This document shows, piece by piece, positions 1 through 14,295 of a DNA stretch of 64,000 nt; positions within the stretch are counted from its first letter, which is position 1, and each line of letters starts with the position of its first letter. The translations under genes were made by a program, and so were the position numbers. Under the pieces are notes generated by a model. That model was not told the DNA's origin. It searched no databases and was given only the letters and a program-made list of their open reading frames with translations. The DNA is from Styela clava (Eukaryota), in NCBI RefSeq assembly GCF_964204865.1, contig NC_135252.1:7812001-7876000 (forward strand), in the 5' to 3' direction.

Positions 1-563
1 CAACAATGTGATAAATCCTTGAACTTGCAGCAATCGATTTTATCATCGCAATTGACATTGGTAAGCATCAATTACAATTTATGCAATGTGCGACTACAAT
101 ACCAGGATATCACCACATACTTATTTGTTAAATAATAATCTTCAAATCAAGATAATCAAAGTGTGCTTTTATGCGTAAATAATAACAGATTGTTCATACT
201 ATTTTGATCGTTGTAAAATATTAAAATGTTGCGTCTCAGATTAGTATAACTTTTCACATAGAGATAATTAAAATGCAAATTGGGTAAGGTCTGCCAACAA
301 TGCGTCTGCAAAAAAGTTGTTCATCATTATATTAAGAGTCTAAGTGAACGAAATAACGATTCAGAACCCTCAACAGAGGTCTTTTTTTCAATATTATATA
401 AAAAAAAAATGGGGTTCTACCGAGAATCATAATTATAAAAATGTATACAATGAACTTGGCAAAGCTAAAAGTTTAAATCCACGGCAAAACGTCTCATGAT
501 TTTGTTACAACTACTGCAACACTGTCTGATAGACAAATAAAAAATATTATTTTCAGGTGAAAC

Positions 564-2404
564 ATGGCGGGATCTGGGAACAAAGGAGTTATCACGGCGT
601 GAGTGTTATGTTTAATCACCTTTTGCCATGAATTTACTTGTTTTGTTTATAAATGACTAGAATGAGTATGTTCCAATTTCAGACGGACTCGATTATTTCT
701 GGAATCGAATATTCCAGCCTTACAGCTATTAAAATTTTTACTAAACGAATATTTTAAAGGCGAAACCATGAACTACTAAATATGTCATATAGTCAAAATA
801 TATTGCTATGTATGTGCATTTCGCTGTTTTTTCTCTTCGCCGTCGGCGCTAGCTTTATTTTTTTTAAGGCATAGTCTCAATCTCAATACGAGATATGAAC
901 ATCAGTCTCCCACAAAGCGCAATTGACGGGGCGATAGAGACCTTTACCTAATATTTCCTTACAATCCAAAGTACCGTTGCATGGAAGATTAGATAAACAT
1001 AAATGCTCATCTTTAATGGTATTTAAATTATAATCTTAATAAACACTCAAATGGTTGCTATTTCGAAGTCGACCCAAAAGCCCGAAGCGACATAACCCGA
1101 TGGTTAAATTATTACCATAAAACAGCGAACAAACGTTTGAATATAATACGCAACAACATTTAATATTTGGTTTCTGAGCGGCAAGACGCGTAATTTTTCT
1201 TCTGAGATGTAATTTCGTTTATTCCATTATTCGAGTTGATGGCTACGGATAAACAAATCTCAAACTAATTACCGATTTCGATATTTTTTCAGAGAAAATT
1301 GCCAAGAAGAATGGTTCAATTACCATTCATGTTTCACAGATATCGAGAAATGCTCTCTATTGCGCAAAATTATTTGGTTACGACAGCAAAAGTTGAATTG
1401 AACACAAGCTACACTGCAATAAGAGCAAATTTATTTTCTCTTTGTTCGGCAATGCATCTTAAGCGTCACATTCAAAACAGAAAAGTCGAATTTGACGAGG
1501 GAAATAACAATGTGAGTGCACTCTATTTTAGCAGTGAAGTTATTAGGTCATTATATTGATTGTTTTGGCTAATTTTGTGCTTGCATTCAGCATAAAATTT
1601 CTAGAAGTCAACAACGAGACATATCTATTTCACAAAGTGTATTTTAATGAAATATGTCACGGACCTATATTTTATTGAGCAACTCAAATAATTTTGTCAA
1701 ATAACTCAATAATATTTTGAAAAGTGATAATGATAAAAAATAATCACGAATCTAATACCAAACTATTTCAGACCAATGCTTTTCTATTCGATATCCTTGA
1801 TGACGAATCTTTCAGAATCTGGAAAAAGAGAATGGGACGTTTATATAACCGTCACTCTCGCAAGGTAAAATCTTTAGAATAAATGTAGGAAAGTAAACGT
1901 TAATATCTCCAACGTTTTCTACTTCAAATTTTATTTGTATAACGAACATCTATTGGATGCAAAATTTCCCTCGGAAGTACATAAGTAGTTCATAGTTCTA
2001 TGTTAAATTCAATTTAGAAAGTTCACGTTTTGTTGAGATATATGAATATACCCGATCAACGAATATCGAATACGTACCCCCTACGTTTGTTTGAATACTA
2101 AAATTTAAGTTAATGACAAAACATCGTTTTCAACCTTGACCTGAATTCGCATATCCAATTGCTATTTCTACTTATTGCTTCAAGGCATTTTATTTTTTAA
2201 AGACAGTTTTAATACAAAAATTCAAAAACATATAATTCCCTGCTTATTTTATTTTTTTTATTTACACAGCAACATCACCATTGGTTTCTTGCGGAGATGC
2301 TGTTTCACATAAAAGCTTTGATTGAAAAATATCAATTCCTGCATCGCGTGAATTCATGTTCTGTGACCTCACTCAGTATGTCAGACGAGACTTTCATGTT
2401 TTAA
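564..2404 (+). CDS. Four-exon orphan gene, 144 aa (exons 564-598, 1340-1511, 1772-1864, 2270-2404); MAGSGNKGVITAYREMLSIAQNYL...HRVNSCSVTSLSMSDETFMF
   Basis: Canonical acceptors (tttcacag, tatttcag, ttacacag) and donors (GTGAGT, GTGAGT, GTAAAA). Intron phases 2,0,0 join into one uninterrupted frame from ATG 564 to TAA 2402-2404. No family recognised; it could be the 3' part of a longer gene. Confidence 0.6.
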
Positions 2405-3486
2405 TGTGTTAAAATTTACCTACACCAATTCTATTGCTAACCTCCGTACAGATGTATTCAGAACAACATTAGACAATTTTATTGCGTAATATGCTAGGTA
2501 TATTTCAGAGTAATCAAAACTTAGCCATTGGCAAATAGACACGGTCGTCTTGTCGGCATACCGCCTTTACGTGATCAGCATGCATTCTTGTCTGGGATTT
2601 AATTCCAGATATAATTTGAAACCTTTGACCTACCTTTTTGTTATTTTTTCACAAGATGTTTTGATACTAAAATTATAGTGTGGCGAAATGTTTCAAATGA
2701 AATTTTACTCCAAATACAACTTGATATTCTCATTCAAAAGTTTTGATTAATGGCTCATGTGTATACGTATTTCTTCCTATATACCAAGTCAAATGTTACG
2801 CGTCGGGATGTATCGCCAACCGTATACGCGGAGTTGTGGGGCGAAAACTGTGTTTTGAGAACGTCGCATCTTTGTACCATCTAAATATCCGAATTAAAGA
2901 TTGCTGCTTAATAGGTACATTGTTTGGATTGTGTACCCGAAGAGGGAACGCGGTTCTAGTCATTTTTTGAACGGATTATCTTCCAAATTAGTCTCAACAA
3001 CAAACTGTCAATTAGAGTTTAGACCCTACTGCGCTTTTACATAAGACAGGAGGAATTGCGTAACATTTAAAAATATTCGAACCCGTGCGGCCATGATGTT
3101 TTACGAAAGTATTCAACATATGCATCGGGTTTCTTAAGAATTCTTTTGCTCGTTGTAACATATGCAGCAGAAGCCGGTAATGGATGAAAAAGGAACGTAG
3201 ATGTGAGGTGGCCGAGAATAAACACTTTTTAGGGATTTCCGTGTGAAATTGGATAAAAACAGACTTTGAAGTTATGAGTGCATCTTCGTTTTTGAATGAA
3301 AATTTGCTTACTTGCTACCAAACTCAAATCTGTGCCACCCGTTTAAAAAAACACAACACGGCAACATTGTTTTCTATTGAAATGAAAATATTTATCAGTA
3401 TTTAGTGATACCATATCGTTTGTTTGAAGTAATTAACATATCTGTTAATAAGTTCTAATTTCTCTTCTAGATTAGAACAATCCTTA

Positions 3487-3628
3487 GATTAGAACAAGGT
3501 TCTGCAATCACTTTTAATCGCAACCCAAACAAACGATGATTTCGCGTGGGAGTTAATAAGGGAAGATCAGAACAAGGTTCTGCAATCACTTTTGATTTCA
3601 ACCCAAACAAACGATGGTTTTGCGTGGA
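3487..3628. repeat. Tandem direct duplication, ~78-bp period
   Basis: AGAACAAGGTTCTGCAATCACTTTT...CAACCCAAACAAACGATG...GCGTGG occurs twice. Confidence 0.8.
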
Positions 3629-5465
3629 AGAAACACAAAGATTATAATCTAGATTATAATCTTTCACGCGTTACCATCGTAACCAACTCATACGTCATTC
3701 AATTCTTATCTATCACGTTTAAAACCCAGTCTAACCGAGTTTCCTGAGGCCATTTTGTATGGTCTCTTTCGACATTTTTATTATAGTCAACTGTTAGGCC
3801 CTAAAACGGCAATCATTAGTTTTTAGAAGCGTTAGTTCTTTTGATTGATTAAGTTCTTTTGATTGATTGACATTTTGACACGCATACAAACACATGACCT
3901 TGTTCATTTTTATTCCAGCTTTATCTTATCATCCATGCTTCACCACAATTTTTAATATATTGCACTTCAAAATCGTGACAGATTGCCAGTGTGCTTTCTA
4001 TAAACGTTCGTTGTCATATTACGAAATTTTACAAATAACAACAAAGACTAAATACACAAAGATTGTCATATAGATAATTGCAGATCATATTAGTAGATAT
4101 TGTCGCTAACGTATTTTTTTGCCAATATTCCTATGAGAAAATTTCAAATAAAACTAAACGTAGTTTTAAAAGTAATTTTCCGCACAATATTTATATCACG
4201 CTCAAATATGATTTCGAATAAAATTATTCAATCAAGAAACATAAAAAATAAATATAAAATTCAAATAAAGTCATACAAAAAAACAAAGATGTATAATATT
4301 ACTCATTTGATTGAGCTATGTCATCCATTTCATGATTTATCACTAATCCCCAATATTTCAGCGGAATAGAACATTATTTAGCTAGTCGTAGAAAACACGT
4401 ATAAATATAACCTTTTTTTACTGAAAACGTTCTGGTCAGTCTGGTAATCATGAAAAACTGGTACAAAATAGAATTTCGAAACAATATTTATAGTATTACA
4501 TCTATGGAGTTTTAATTGCATGTAGTGGATAAATAAATATTACACATGAAATGGACTTCAGTTTTAGGACTATCATTGAAAGAATGGTGTTGGGCACTAG
4601 GTATCTAAATATACAGTTCCGAATGAAGTTGGGTTACGGTTATTCCGAATCTTGAGTGTTGAGTCCAAGTCCTACAAAAGTCGTAAAACTCTAGCCTGAC
4701 TTTGTTCGATGTACTGCCAATTTGTAAGCCAAATCCTAGTACACGAATATAGCTCAAACTAGTAATCTAGAATGAAGTTTAAAATGTTATTATTCAGTTA
4801 TAAAAACAGAAATACAAAGATGCGATCTGCAATATTCATAACTCATTTGATTATTCTAAATAATATGTAGTATTTATTTCATATAGAGAAAAAATGGGAA
4901 ATCACGAATTTTAACACACATAGTCTAGGGCCATCTAATACTTCACCATTTAGCACTGTGATAAACTGTAGCAAGTTTACACACGCCCCCGGATATGTGC
5001 GCCCGGTATTCCATTTGACACCCGTGGGTAATTCATTATTATAAATAATTTCCTTACTCTGAAATATTTGTCTTTCCTATTTATTGATTTTGTAGTCCAC
5101 GATTTTGTATTTCTATGTATTTTGTGTATAATATATATGTAGTTTGTTGAGTATTGTGATAATACTATACAGCCGAAGCGCTGCACGATGGCCCAGATCT
5201 GAAACCATCGGCCATTAGCGAGTCACAAAATATTTGTATTCTAATAAACTATCATTCATCAGTAGGGAAAATGTAAAAAACATTAGCCAAGAATTTAAAG
5301 AGAACATGGCATTGCGTCAGAACGGTCCGACATCTATCGACAAAGTCGGTGCCCACTGCTTACCTGATTTGCAATTTTGATTTAAAGCTTTTGAATGCTC
5401 ATATGACGTATTTTTGTGTAAATTACATATTATGCTACTTGTACAGCGGTTCTGTCGGTAGTCGT

Positions 5466-5904
5466 TGGACACTTCTTTCATATATTTGAGCATTTCTCTC
5501 TTGTATTCTTCATAAGTGATATCTGAACAAGATAGAAATGCTCAAAATTATGGACACGAAAACGAAGTAGTGCGGATATGTAATCTTTCACAGTAGACTA
5601 CCGGTACTGTAGCCTTCCCTGGCCACCAGATGGAAGCGAGCGCGAACTCGGGGTCGCCACACGGTGCGCAATTTTCGTTTTGATGACGTCATCACACACA
5701 AAAAACGAATGCCATAGGGCCTACAGAAATTTTTGTAATAAATAAAATTTGTATCCTTTTAGCGACAACAAGACTCTTAATTATTTAATTTCAAAGCAAT
5801 TGGTCCAATAATTATGCAGAAAAGCGATTTTTTTATAACAACAAAAAAGAAAACAACAACAACATATATAATACCAAAACGATCTATAGGCCAACTTCGT
5901 GTCT
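5466..5904. mobile_element. Non-autonomous interspersed repeat; inverted family member at ~51293-51650
   Basis: Shares TATGGACACGAAAA, CAGTAG(A/T)CTACCGGTAC, GATGACGTCAT and (AAC)n-ATAATACCAAAACGATC...GTGTC blocks with the reverse complement of 51293-51650. Confidence 0.55.
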
Positions 5905-6319
5905 GAAAGCTCAAGTGTTACTTTAACGTAGGATAGTAGGATGTGTACTGGACTACATGTCTTTTCTCCCTATCTACTTCGGATCCGATGCTTTATTAAC
6001 AAGATAGTATTGAAGTGATAAATAGGAATAACATAAACTTGTAACATAAATAGCAGCCTATTTGTGAGCATTCGTTAGATGTAAATCTAACCTCTTCAGA
6101 CAAAACAAGATAGAACTACTTGTTTGTTTAACATATTTTAACATCTTTTACCATAAATACACCTCGTGTTAAGTTTTTAATATCTTAATTTCCAATACAA
6201 AAACCGATTCAAATAAAACTCAATTAGACGTTTCATGTGATTCCTTTCTATTACGCTTAAGTCGAATGAGGGTGTTATATATATGTGATTACCAAACGTT
6301 ATTTTATTACAATAACGTA

Positions 6320-6583
6320 TACGAGGTAAGGCTAAAAAGAAACGGGACTGACGTCACAGATTGCGCAACACTTTTGCAGTGTGGCGTAATATGTGTTCTT
6401 TGTTTAACAGCTGTTTTGACACAATATCGCAATTATTTTTGCTCTTCAGGATCCATAAGTGAATGTGATAAATTTCTTGTTGAAAAAAAAATGCTGTGCG
6501 AGGTCTGATGGAGTTTTTTGGCGATAGGGGGTTCAATTAAAGAATGACGACTGAGCAAAGAATTAACATGAAATTTTTCGTAT
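6320..6583 (+). mobile_element. 5' fragment of a mariner-type element inserted in the tandem array
   Basis: Starts TA-CGAGG...AAAAAGAAACGGGA (mariner-like TIR). ATG 6544 reads MTTEQRINMKFFV*, resembling the EQR-x-N/x-I-K-F start of mariner transposases. Absent from the other array units. Confidence 0.55.
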
Positions 6584-7310
6584 AAACGTTATAACAAATA
6601 AACGTTTCTGTATAATAAAGATATTCTTTTATAATCATATGGGTTCATTTTAGTTAACACTGTTACATTTGTATTGGGGAAGGCAGACTGAATCAGAGAA
6701 ATGTCCTTGGTTATATGATTTCTTTCGGAAAGTGAGACAGTGGACTATTTAAGGTAAATTACTGTCGAATTCACTTATCCGCCATAACCTAAATCCTAAC
6801 CTGGTACACAACGTGACTTGGTGCGCATACTTCAGGAGGTCCAGATATTCTTTTATATTCAGTAACTGGTAAGTGATTGTTTTGCGGTATAATCTTGCAT
6901 CGAACAACAACTGCCCTAATAATAATTGGGTCCATTCTAGTTAACATGGGCAGACAGAATCAGAGAAATTTCTTTTTTTCATGAATTTTTTCTAAAAATA
7001 AGACAGTGGATTATTTAGGGTAAATTACTCTTGAATTTACGTATCCGCCATTTTTATGCGTACAGACTTTATCGATATATTGCATAGATCCGTTTTCCAC
7101 TGCATTTTGATTTATTTCACGATAGATACCTATTATAGTGTATATCATTTTATTAATATTGTCTATCGAATATTAGGTATTTCTTAATCTTGTGTCTATA
7201 TACGTGCTGAAAAGCAGTTTGATAGCGTTAGTGTTATTTTTAAAACTCAAGTGTTACTTTTATGACTTGAACAAACAAGGATATCACGCTTCTACTTTAT
7301 TGCTATGCTG

Positions 7311-7699
7311 GAAAAACAAGCAATATGTCATGTGTTGCATGTTTTAATTAAATCGGTTTTTGTATTGGAATTTAAGATATTACAATCTTGACAAGAGATG
7401 TATTTATGATGAAAGATGTTAAAATTTGTTGAACAAACAAGTAGGACACATCATAAGATTGCATGAGAAAAGCTGTTTACTAAAAAACAAATATATATTT
7501 GTTTTTTAGTATATATATTTGTTTTTTAGTAAACAGCTTCTCTCATGCAATCTTATGATGTGTCCTACTTGTTTGTTCAACAAATTTCACCATCTTTCAT
7601 CATAAATACATCTCTTGTTAAGATTGTAATATCTCTAATTCCAATACGAAAACCGATTTAAATAAAACATGCAACACATGACATATTGCTTGTTTTTTC
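7311..7699. repeat. Near-perfect ~390-bp palindrome (fold-back inverted duplication) inside an array unit
   Basis: 7311-7490 is the reverse complement of ~7520-7699. The centre contains the perfect palindrome TACTAAAAAACAAATATATATTTGTTTTTTAGTA. Confidence 0.9.
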
Positions 7700-10600
7700 G
7701 AATATATCACTTCTGATCTTTATTGCATTAACCACAATAATAAACGTTCTAAATGGCATATCGTGATGTTGCAGACCGGTATTCATTTTAGGAAACTTAA
7801 TCATCAAAATACAAAACCAGCACCACAACGAGGAAATACATAACCGTTATTAGGTTGACGTTATTGGATCTGATCGAGTGCTATTTCGTGTTTTTGCTTG
7901 AAATTCATTTTGAATATTTAATTATGATCGTATTAAAGCAACATTCCAAGCATAATGTTTGTGTAATTTCTTGTGTTTAGTACATATCATATTCGAAAAT
8001 GGACTTCATATCACGAATGCGTATAAAATATTTTACTCAGAACAATTTGAAAATTCAACATAAACAATCTCGCAATTGGTCGCTGATTGCCAGAAGATAT
8101 ATATATTCTTTTATAATCAGTAACTGGTAAGTGATTGTTTTGCGGTATAATCGTGCATCGAACAACCAAAAACTGCTCTTAAATTAGGTCCATTCTATAG
8201 TTAACACTGTTACATTTGCAATGTGGAATGGCAAACTGAATCAGAGAAATGTCCTTTTTTATATGATTTTTTCCTGGAAATTAGACAGTGGATTATTTAG
8301 GACAAATAAGTTTTGAATTTCCTTATCCGCCATTTTGATTTGTATACATACTTTATCGATGTATTTATTGTCTGGATCCGTTTTACTCTGCATTGTGTTC
8401 TATTTTACTAAATACGTGCTGGAAAGGAGCTTGATAGCGTTAGTGTTATTTCAAAAACCCAAGTGTTACTTTTATGATTTAAACAAACAAGATATCACGC
8501 TTCTACTTTATTCCTATGCTGGATATTTTTTTTGTTCAATAAACAGCTTCTCTTATGCATTCTTATGATGTGTCGAAATTGTTGTTCAACAAATTTTAAC
8601 ATCTTTTATCACAAATACATCTCGTGTTAAGTTTGTAATATCTTAATTTCCAATATAAAAACTGATTTATTCGAAATTTCTAAAAACATATAACACATGA
8701 CATATTGCTTGTTTTTTAATAAATTGCTTTTGATCTTTCTTGCAGTCACCACAATTGACGATAACTAACCGTTCTAAATGGCATATCGTGATGTTCCAGA
8801 TCGGTATTTATTTTAGAAAAATTCATCATCAAAATACCAAATCACCACAACGTTATTAAGTGGAAATAGAGTTCATTTTCGTGTTTTCGCTTAGAGTTCA
8901 TTTTGAATATTCAATTCAGAAAATAACCTATTTAGATACGCTTAAAATTGAAAAGAAATATTTCCGGCAAAAGTGATAGCGTTCAATGTTAAACATTACA
9001 AAAAGTAAAGGTTTTTGCTGATGACTTTTTGTGAGACTCGTAATCCCTCAATACTAGTTCAAAATAGAGTCTTAAAGCAACATTCTACGCGGCATAATGT
9101 TTGTGTAATTTATTGTGTTTAGAGCAAGTACATATCATATTTGAAAATGGAGTTCATATCACGAATGTGTATAAAAAATATTTTACTCAAAACTATTTGA
9201 AATATCAATCAAAACAATTTCGCAATTGGTCGCTAATTTCCAGAAGATATATTATGAAGAACTTGTAAGCGCTCATATCTGATTTAGATTGACACTGTAG
9301 CTGAACCAGTTGTAAGTCAACGTCGTTAGGAAAACGCTAGGAAATTTCACATCGTTAATGGCGATTTTTTTCCTTTGACGTTTATTATGCTCAAGTCGAA
9401 TGAAGGTGTCATATATAATATGTTACAACCGTTACTACAAAAAAACGTTTCCTGTATAATAAAGATATTCTTTTATAATCAGTAACTGGTAAGTGATTGT
9501 TTTGCGGTATAACCTTGCATCAAACAAACAACTGCTCTTAAATAATAATTGGGTCCATTCTAGTTAACACTGTTACATTTGCAATGTAGAATGGCAAACA
9601 GAATCGAGAAATGTCTTTTTTATATATATGATTTTATTTTCTGAAAATTAGACAGTGGATTATTCAGGGTAAATTACTCTTGAATTTACTTATCCACCAT
9701 TTTTATGCGTACAGACTTTATCGATATATGGCCCAGATCCGTTTTCGACTGCATTTTGATTTATTTTACGATAGATACCTATTATAGTGTATATCATTTT
9801 TTAATATTGTCTATCGAATATTAGGTATTTCTTAATCTTGTGTCTATATACGTGCTGAAAAGCAGCTTGATAGTGTTAGTGTTATTTTTAAAACTCAAGT
9901 GTTACTTTTATGACTTGAACAAACGAGGATATCGTGCTTCTACTTTATTTCTATGCTGGATATTTTTTTTTTCAATAAACAGCTTTCTCATGCATTCTCA
10001 TGATGTGTTCTACTTTTTTGTTCAACAAATTTTAACATCTTTCATCATAAATACGTCTTCTGTTAAGATTGTAATATTATAAATTCCAATACAAAAACCG
10101 ATTTAATTAAAACATACAACACATGACATATTGCTTGTTTTTTCAAATATATCACTTCTGATCTTTATTGCATTAACCACAATATTTACCTGTTCTAAAT
10201 GGCATATGGCATGGCATGTGATGTTGCAGACCGGTATTCATTTTAGGAAACTTAATCATCGAAATACAACACCACCACCACAACAAGGAAATACATAACC
10301 GTTATTAGGTTGACGTTATTGGAGCCGATCGAGTGCTATTTCGTGTTTTTATTTGAATATTCAATTTAGAAGATAACCCATTTAGATACGGTTAAAAGTG
10401 AGAGAAAATATTTTAGGTAAAATGTGATAGCGTTCAATGTTTGACATTGCAAAAAGTAAAGGCTTTTGCTGATGACTTTTTGTGAGACTCGTAATCCCGC
10501 GATACTAGTTCAAAACAGAGTCTTTTTCAAGTACATTGCACGCATAATGTTTGTGTAATTTCTTGTGTTTAGAGCAAGTACATATCATATTCAAAAATGA

Positions 10601-12348
10601 AGTTTATATCACGAACGCGTATAAAAATATCTCACTCAAAACAATTTGAAACATTCACCCAACACAATCTCGCAATTGGTCGCTACTGCCAGAAGATATA
10701 TTATGAAGAACTTGCAAGCGTTCATTTCTGATGTCGATTGACACCATAGCTAAACAAGTTGTAAGTCAACATCGTTAGGAAAACGCTGGGAAATTTCACA
10801 TCTTTTCTTGCGATTTTTTTCCTTTTACATTTAATGTGATTTCTGTTTATGTTACGCTGAAGTCGAATGGAGCTGTTATATATATGTTACAAACGTTATT
10901 ACAAATAAACATTGTTACATTTGCATTGGAGAATGGAAGACAGAATCAGAGAAATGTCCTTTTTCATATGATTTTTTTTCTGAAAAGTAGACTGTGGATA
11001 ATTTGAGACAAATAAGTTTTGAATTTCCTTATCCGCCATTTTGATGCGTGCAGACTTTATCGTTGTATTGTTTAGATCCGTATTCCTCTGCATTGTGTTC
11101 TATTTTACTATATACGTGCTGGGAAGCAGCTTGATAGCGTTAGTGTTATTTTAAACTCAAATTTTACTTTTATGACATAAACAAACAAGATATCACGCTT
11201 CTACTCTATCCTATGCTGGATATTTTTTTCAATTAACAGCTTCTCTTATACATTCTTATGATGTGTCGAAATTGTTGTTCAACAAATTTTAACATCTTTT
11301 ATCATAAATTCATTTCGTGTTAAGTTTGTATAATCTTAATTTCCAATACAAAAACTGATTTAATTGAAATTTCTCAAAACATACAAGTCGAATGGAGCTG
11401 TTATATATATATATGAATGTTACAAACTAATAAAGATATCCCTGCATAATAAAGATATTCTTTTCTTACCGGTAACTGATAGTTTTTTTTATATTCTTTT
11501 ATAATCAGTAACTGGTAAGTGATTGTTTTGCGGCATAATCTTGCATCGAACAACAACTGCTCTTAAATAATAATTGGGTTCATTTCGGTTAACACTGTTA
11601 CATTTGCATTGAAGAATGGTAGACAGAATCAGCGAAATATCCTTTTTTATATGATTTTTTCCTAAAAATGAGACAGTGGATTATTTAGGTTTTAATTTAA
11701 TTTTGAATTCACTTTTCCGCCATTTTTATGCGTACTGACTTTATCGATATATTGCCTAGATCCGCTTTCCGCTGCCTTTATGTTCTATTTTACGATATCT
11801 TGACGCGCTTATCACAGACATACTTATTATAGTGTACATTATTTTTTAATATTGTCCATCGAATATTACGTATTTCTTAATCTTTTCTCCATATAGGTGC
11901 CTAAAAGCGGCTTGAAAGCGCCAAGTGCTGATCGAAAGTTAGACACTTAGACAAAATTGATCATATTTTGCGATGTGCTGTAGCCACGTCGTCGAAAATT
12001 GCCTTCATCGAAATCGTCATCGATTTTTAATATTAGTTAATGAATGCGCCCTGAATTCGCAATTTAAAATGATGTTGATATTATGACACAAAAATAAATT
12101 TTATAGAAGCGTGCATGACGTCACTGCGAGGAGGAACCTCACAAATGAAATAGCCTAGCGCTCCTCATCATCTAAATCCGTCCATGCTTCAACTACATAA
12201 ACATACTACTACTTCATAACATTTTACGCTTATTTTAGGTGGACTCGTTATGATTTTTTTTAGGTGGACTCATAGACAGAATCTACACTACACTGTCTTT
12301 CCTGACGACATGATCTTATGACCAAATTTATTTCTATCTTCAACCCAA

Positions 12349-12349
<1 letters not shown>

Positions 12350-12382
<33 letters not shown>
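12350..12382. repeat. (TA)n microsatellite
   Basis: TATATATATATATATATACATATATATATATAT. Confidence 0.85.
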
Positions 12383-14295
12383 TTATATTTGTCTACAACT
12401 CTAAGTTGCCTTTAAAACGCTTCATTTAGTTATTTTATGCTTCAATCTTACAATTTCTAAATGCAAATTTCAAAGCACCGCAGGGTATTCAACTCAAATT
12501 AGAAGAGTGCGATTCTTGTTGATATTTATTTAACATTTATGAGATCTGATTCTACAATCAGTCACAAACTGACTGATTGTAGAAGACACACATCTCACGA
12601 CTTTCACAAACACGCCAAAACCCACGCCGAATAATGCAAATGGAAAAATACGCATCGTCGCCGTCGTTTTGCGTGACGGGACTCTGCGTCAAAGTACCAG
12701 TTGTAATGTTTAATGTTTTTTAATGTTTAAATATTGTTTATTCGAGTTTTTTCTAAATGAGCCATTCTGTTAGTTGCAAGCTGTGATTTCCCGCGGACAG
12801 AAACGCCATTAAATCCAGACTGGAGTCCGTCATCAATACAAAAGTCACAATCTATCTACCCATAATTTTCAGGGAAAGACAGTCTTTATGGAACGGTAAT
12901 TAATTGGGAGCACCAATTTTTGAGATCTCCCCATGCCCATCTGTCTAGCTTGACTTTTCTTCGATGAAATTATAAATATTCTAACTCTTACACGCCTAGA
13001 GTACTAGACGATTTGAGCAGCCATAATTTTAGTCAAACGGTAAAACTTTGACACGCGTCCAGCGTGCGCGAAGGCGCAGCATTTGGAAATGCGAATCAAT
13101 AACCTAGTACAAGTTGCGTATGCTCAGACAGCCTTAAGAAGAGCAGATATGCATTGTTAGTGGCTGTTACCAATGTCGCCGGAGAACCGATTGGATGAAA
13201 GTGTCGTCAATTACTGAAAAATAACCGTGAATGAATCTCGTATTTCACGGAATCATTCATCAGAACGCATCGTATTCGAGGGTTTTGCAGGCGGAATAAA
13301 GCACAGAGACATTAGAAATAAATTCAGTTTTCAACAGAATTGAAAGCAGATTATGATACTTACAGTACGTACCACTGTTATCTAAAATTCGATGGGTGAA
13401 TACAGGCAATTTTTGCCATATTCTTTAGTTTTGTTGAGTTGTTAACAGACACAAGCAAACATTGATTATGAGAACTATGTAGAGTGTCGGGGAATTTTTA
13501 CACCAAGCTCCGACTCCTAGTTAGCAAAAATGTAGACTCCAACTCAGAACAAAATTTTGGCGAATGAGAATGCTCAGTTAACATAACTCAGTTTCCCGTT
13601 TAACATACTTTGCACTAATGTGTTTTCGTGTTCTAAGGTACATATATATTATATATACACCCGCGAAAGTGTATTCGCCGCACTGATTAATTAGTAGAAT
13701 AATAAAGGCACTTTGTTATATTTTTTTAGTTTTGCGCAAGACAGAAAACGGCGATAATTTATATAAACATTTGACAGTGCAACTATATCAACGAAAAGGT
13801 CATGTTTCACGTCACAAAGATTGAATCTTTTCTAATGCACTATTATTGTCACTTTTGAAGTCTTATTTTGTTGAATTCTAATTTGAATGTAGTGACTTTT
13901 TGGAACGACTGAGGACTCTCGCGAACAACAAGCATTTGTCTTGTTCTTGCCTAGTAAACAATGGCTAACCGGTACTACAACTAGATGAAAACCAGCGGTC
14001 CGTGCTATTTTGTTCACTTTTGTTATGTATAGTTACGAGACCCGATCAAAGTTTGAATTGGAATCCGAATATCATTTCGCATCCGGGTTTTTATTATATA
14101 GACAAAAACAATAATTCATTATAATACCAATTATAATCCAAACAAATAAAAAATCACTCTTAATAAAAAGTTCATTTTGCAATTTAAATGGGTTAATCAT
14201 GGGACGATAATCATTTTTATAATTCAGAAAATATTTCCAAATTAGCAACACAATACAATAGAAATCATTCGACTATAGCAAGATTTCCGCCTTTT

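Larger units (their letters stand above)
5905..11925. repeat. Degenerate tandem array of ~1.3-kb units with alternating A/B variants (~2.6-2.7-kb higher-order period)
   Basis: Anchor GTAACTGGTAAGTGATTGTTTTGCGG at 6862, 8120, 9482 and 11508. A-type marker GATAGATACCTATTATAGTG at 7121 and 9770; B-type marker GACAAATAAGTTTTGAATTTCCTTATCCGCC at 8301 and 11007. Confidence 0.9.

Noticed and set aside
12998-13550. Possible DNA transposon starting TAGAGTACTAGACG
   Set aside because: No matching inverted terminus or TSD found.
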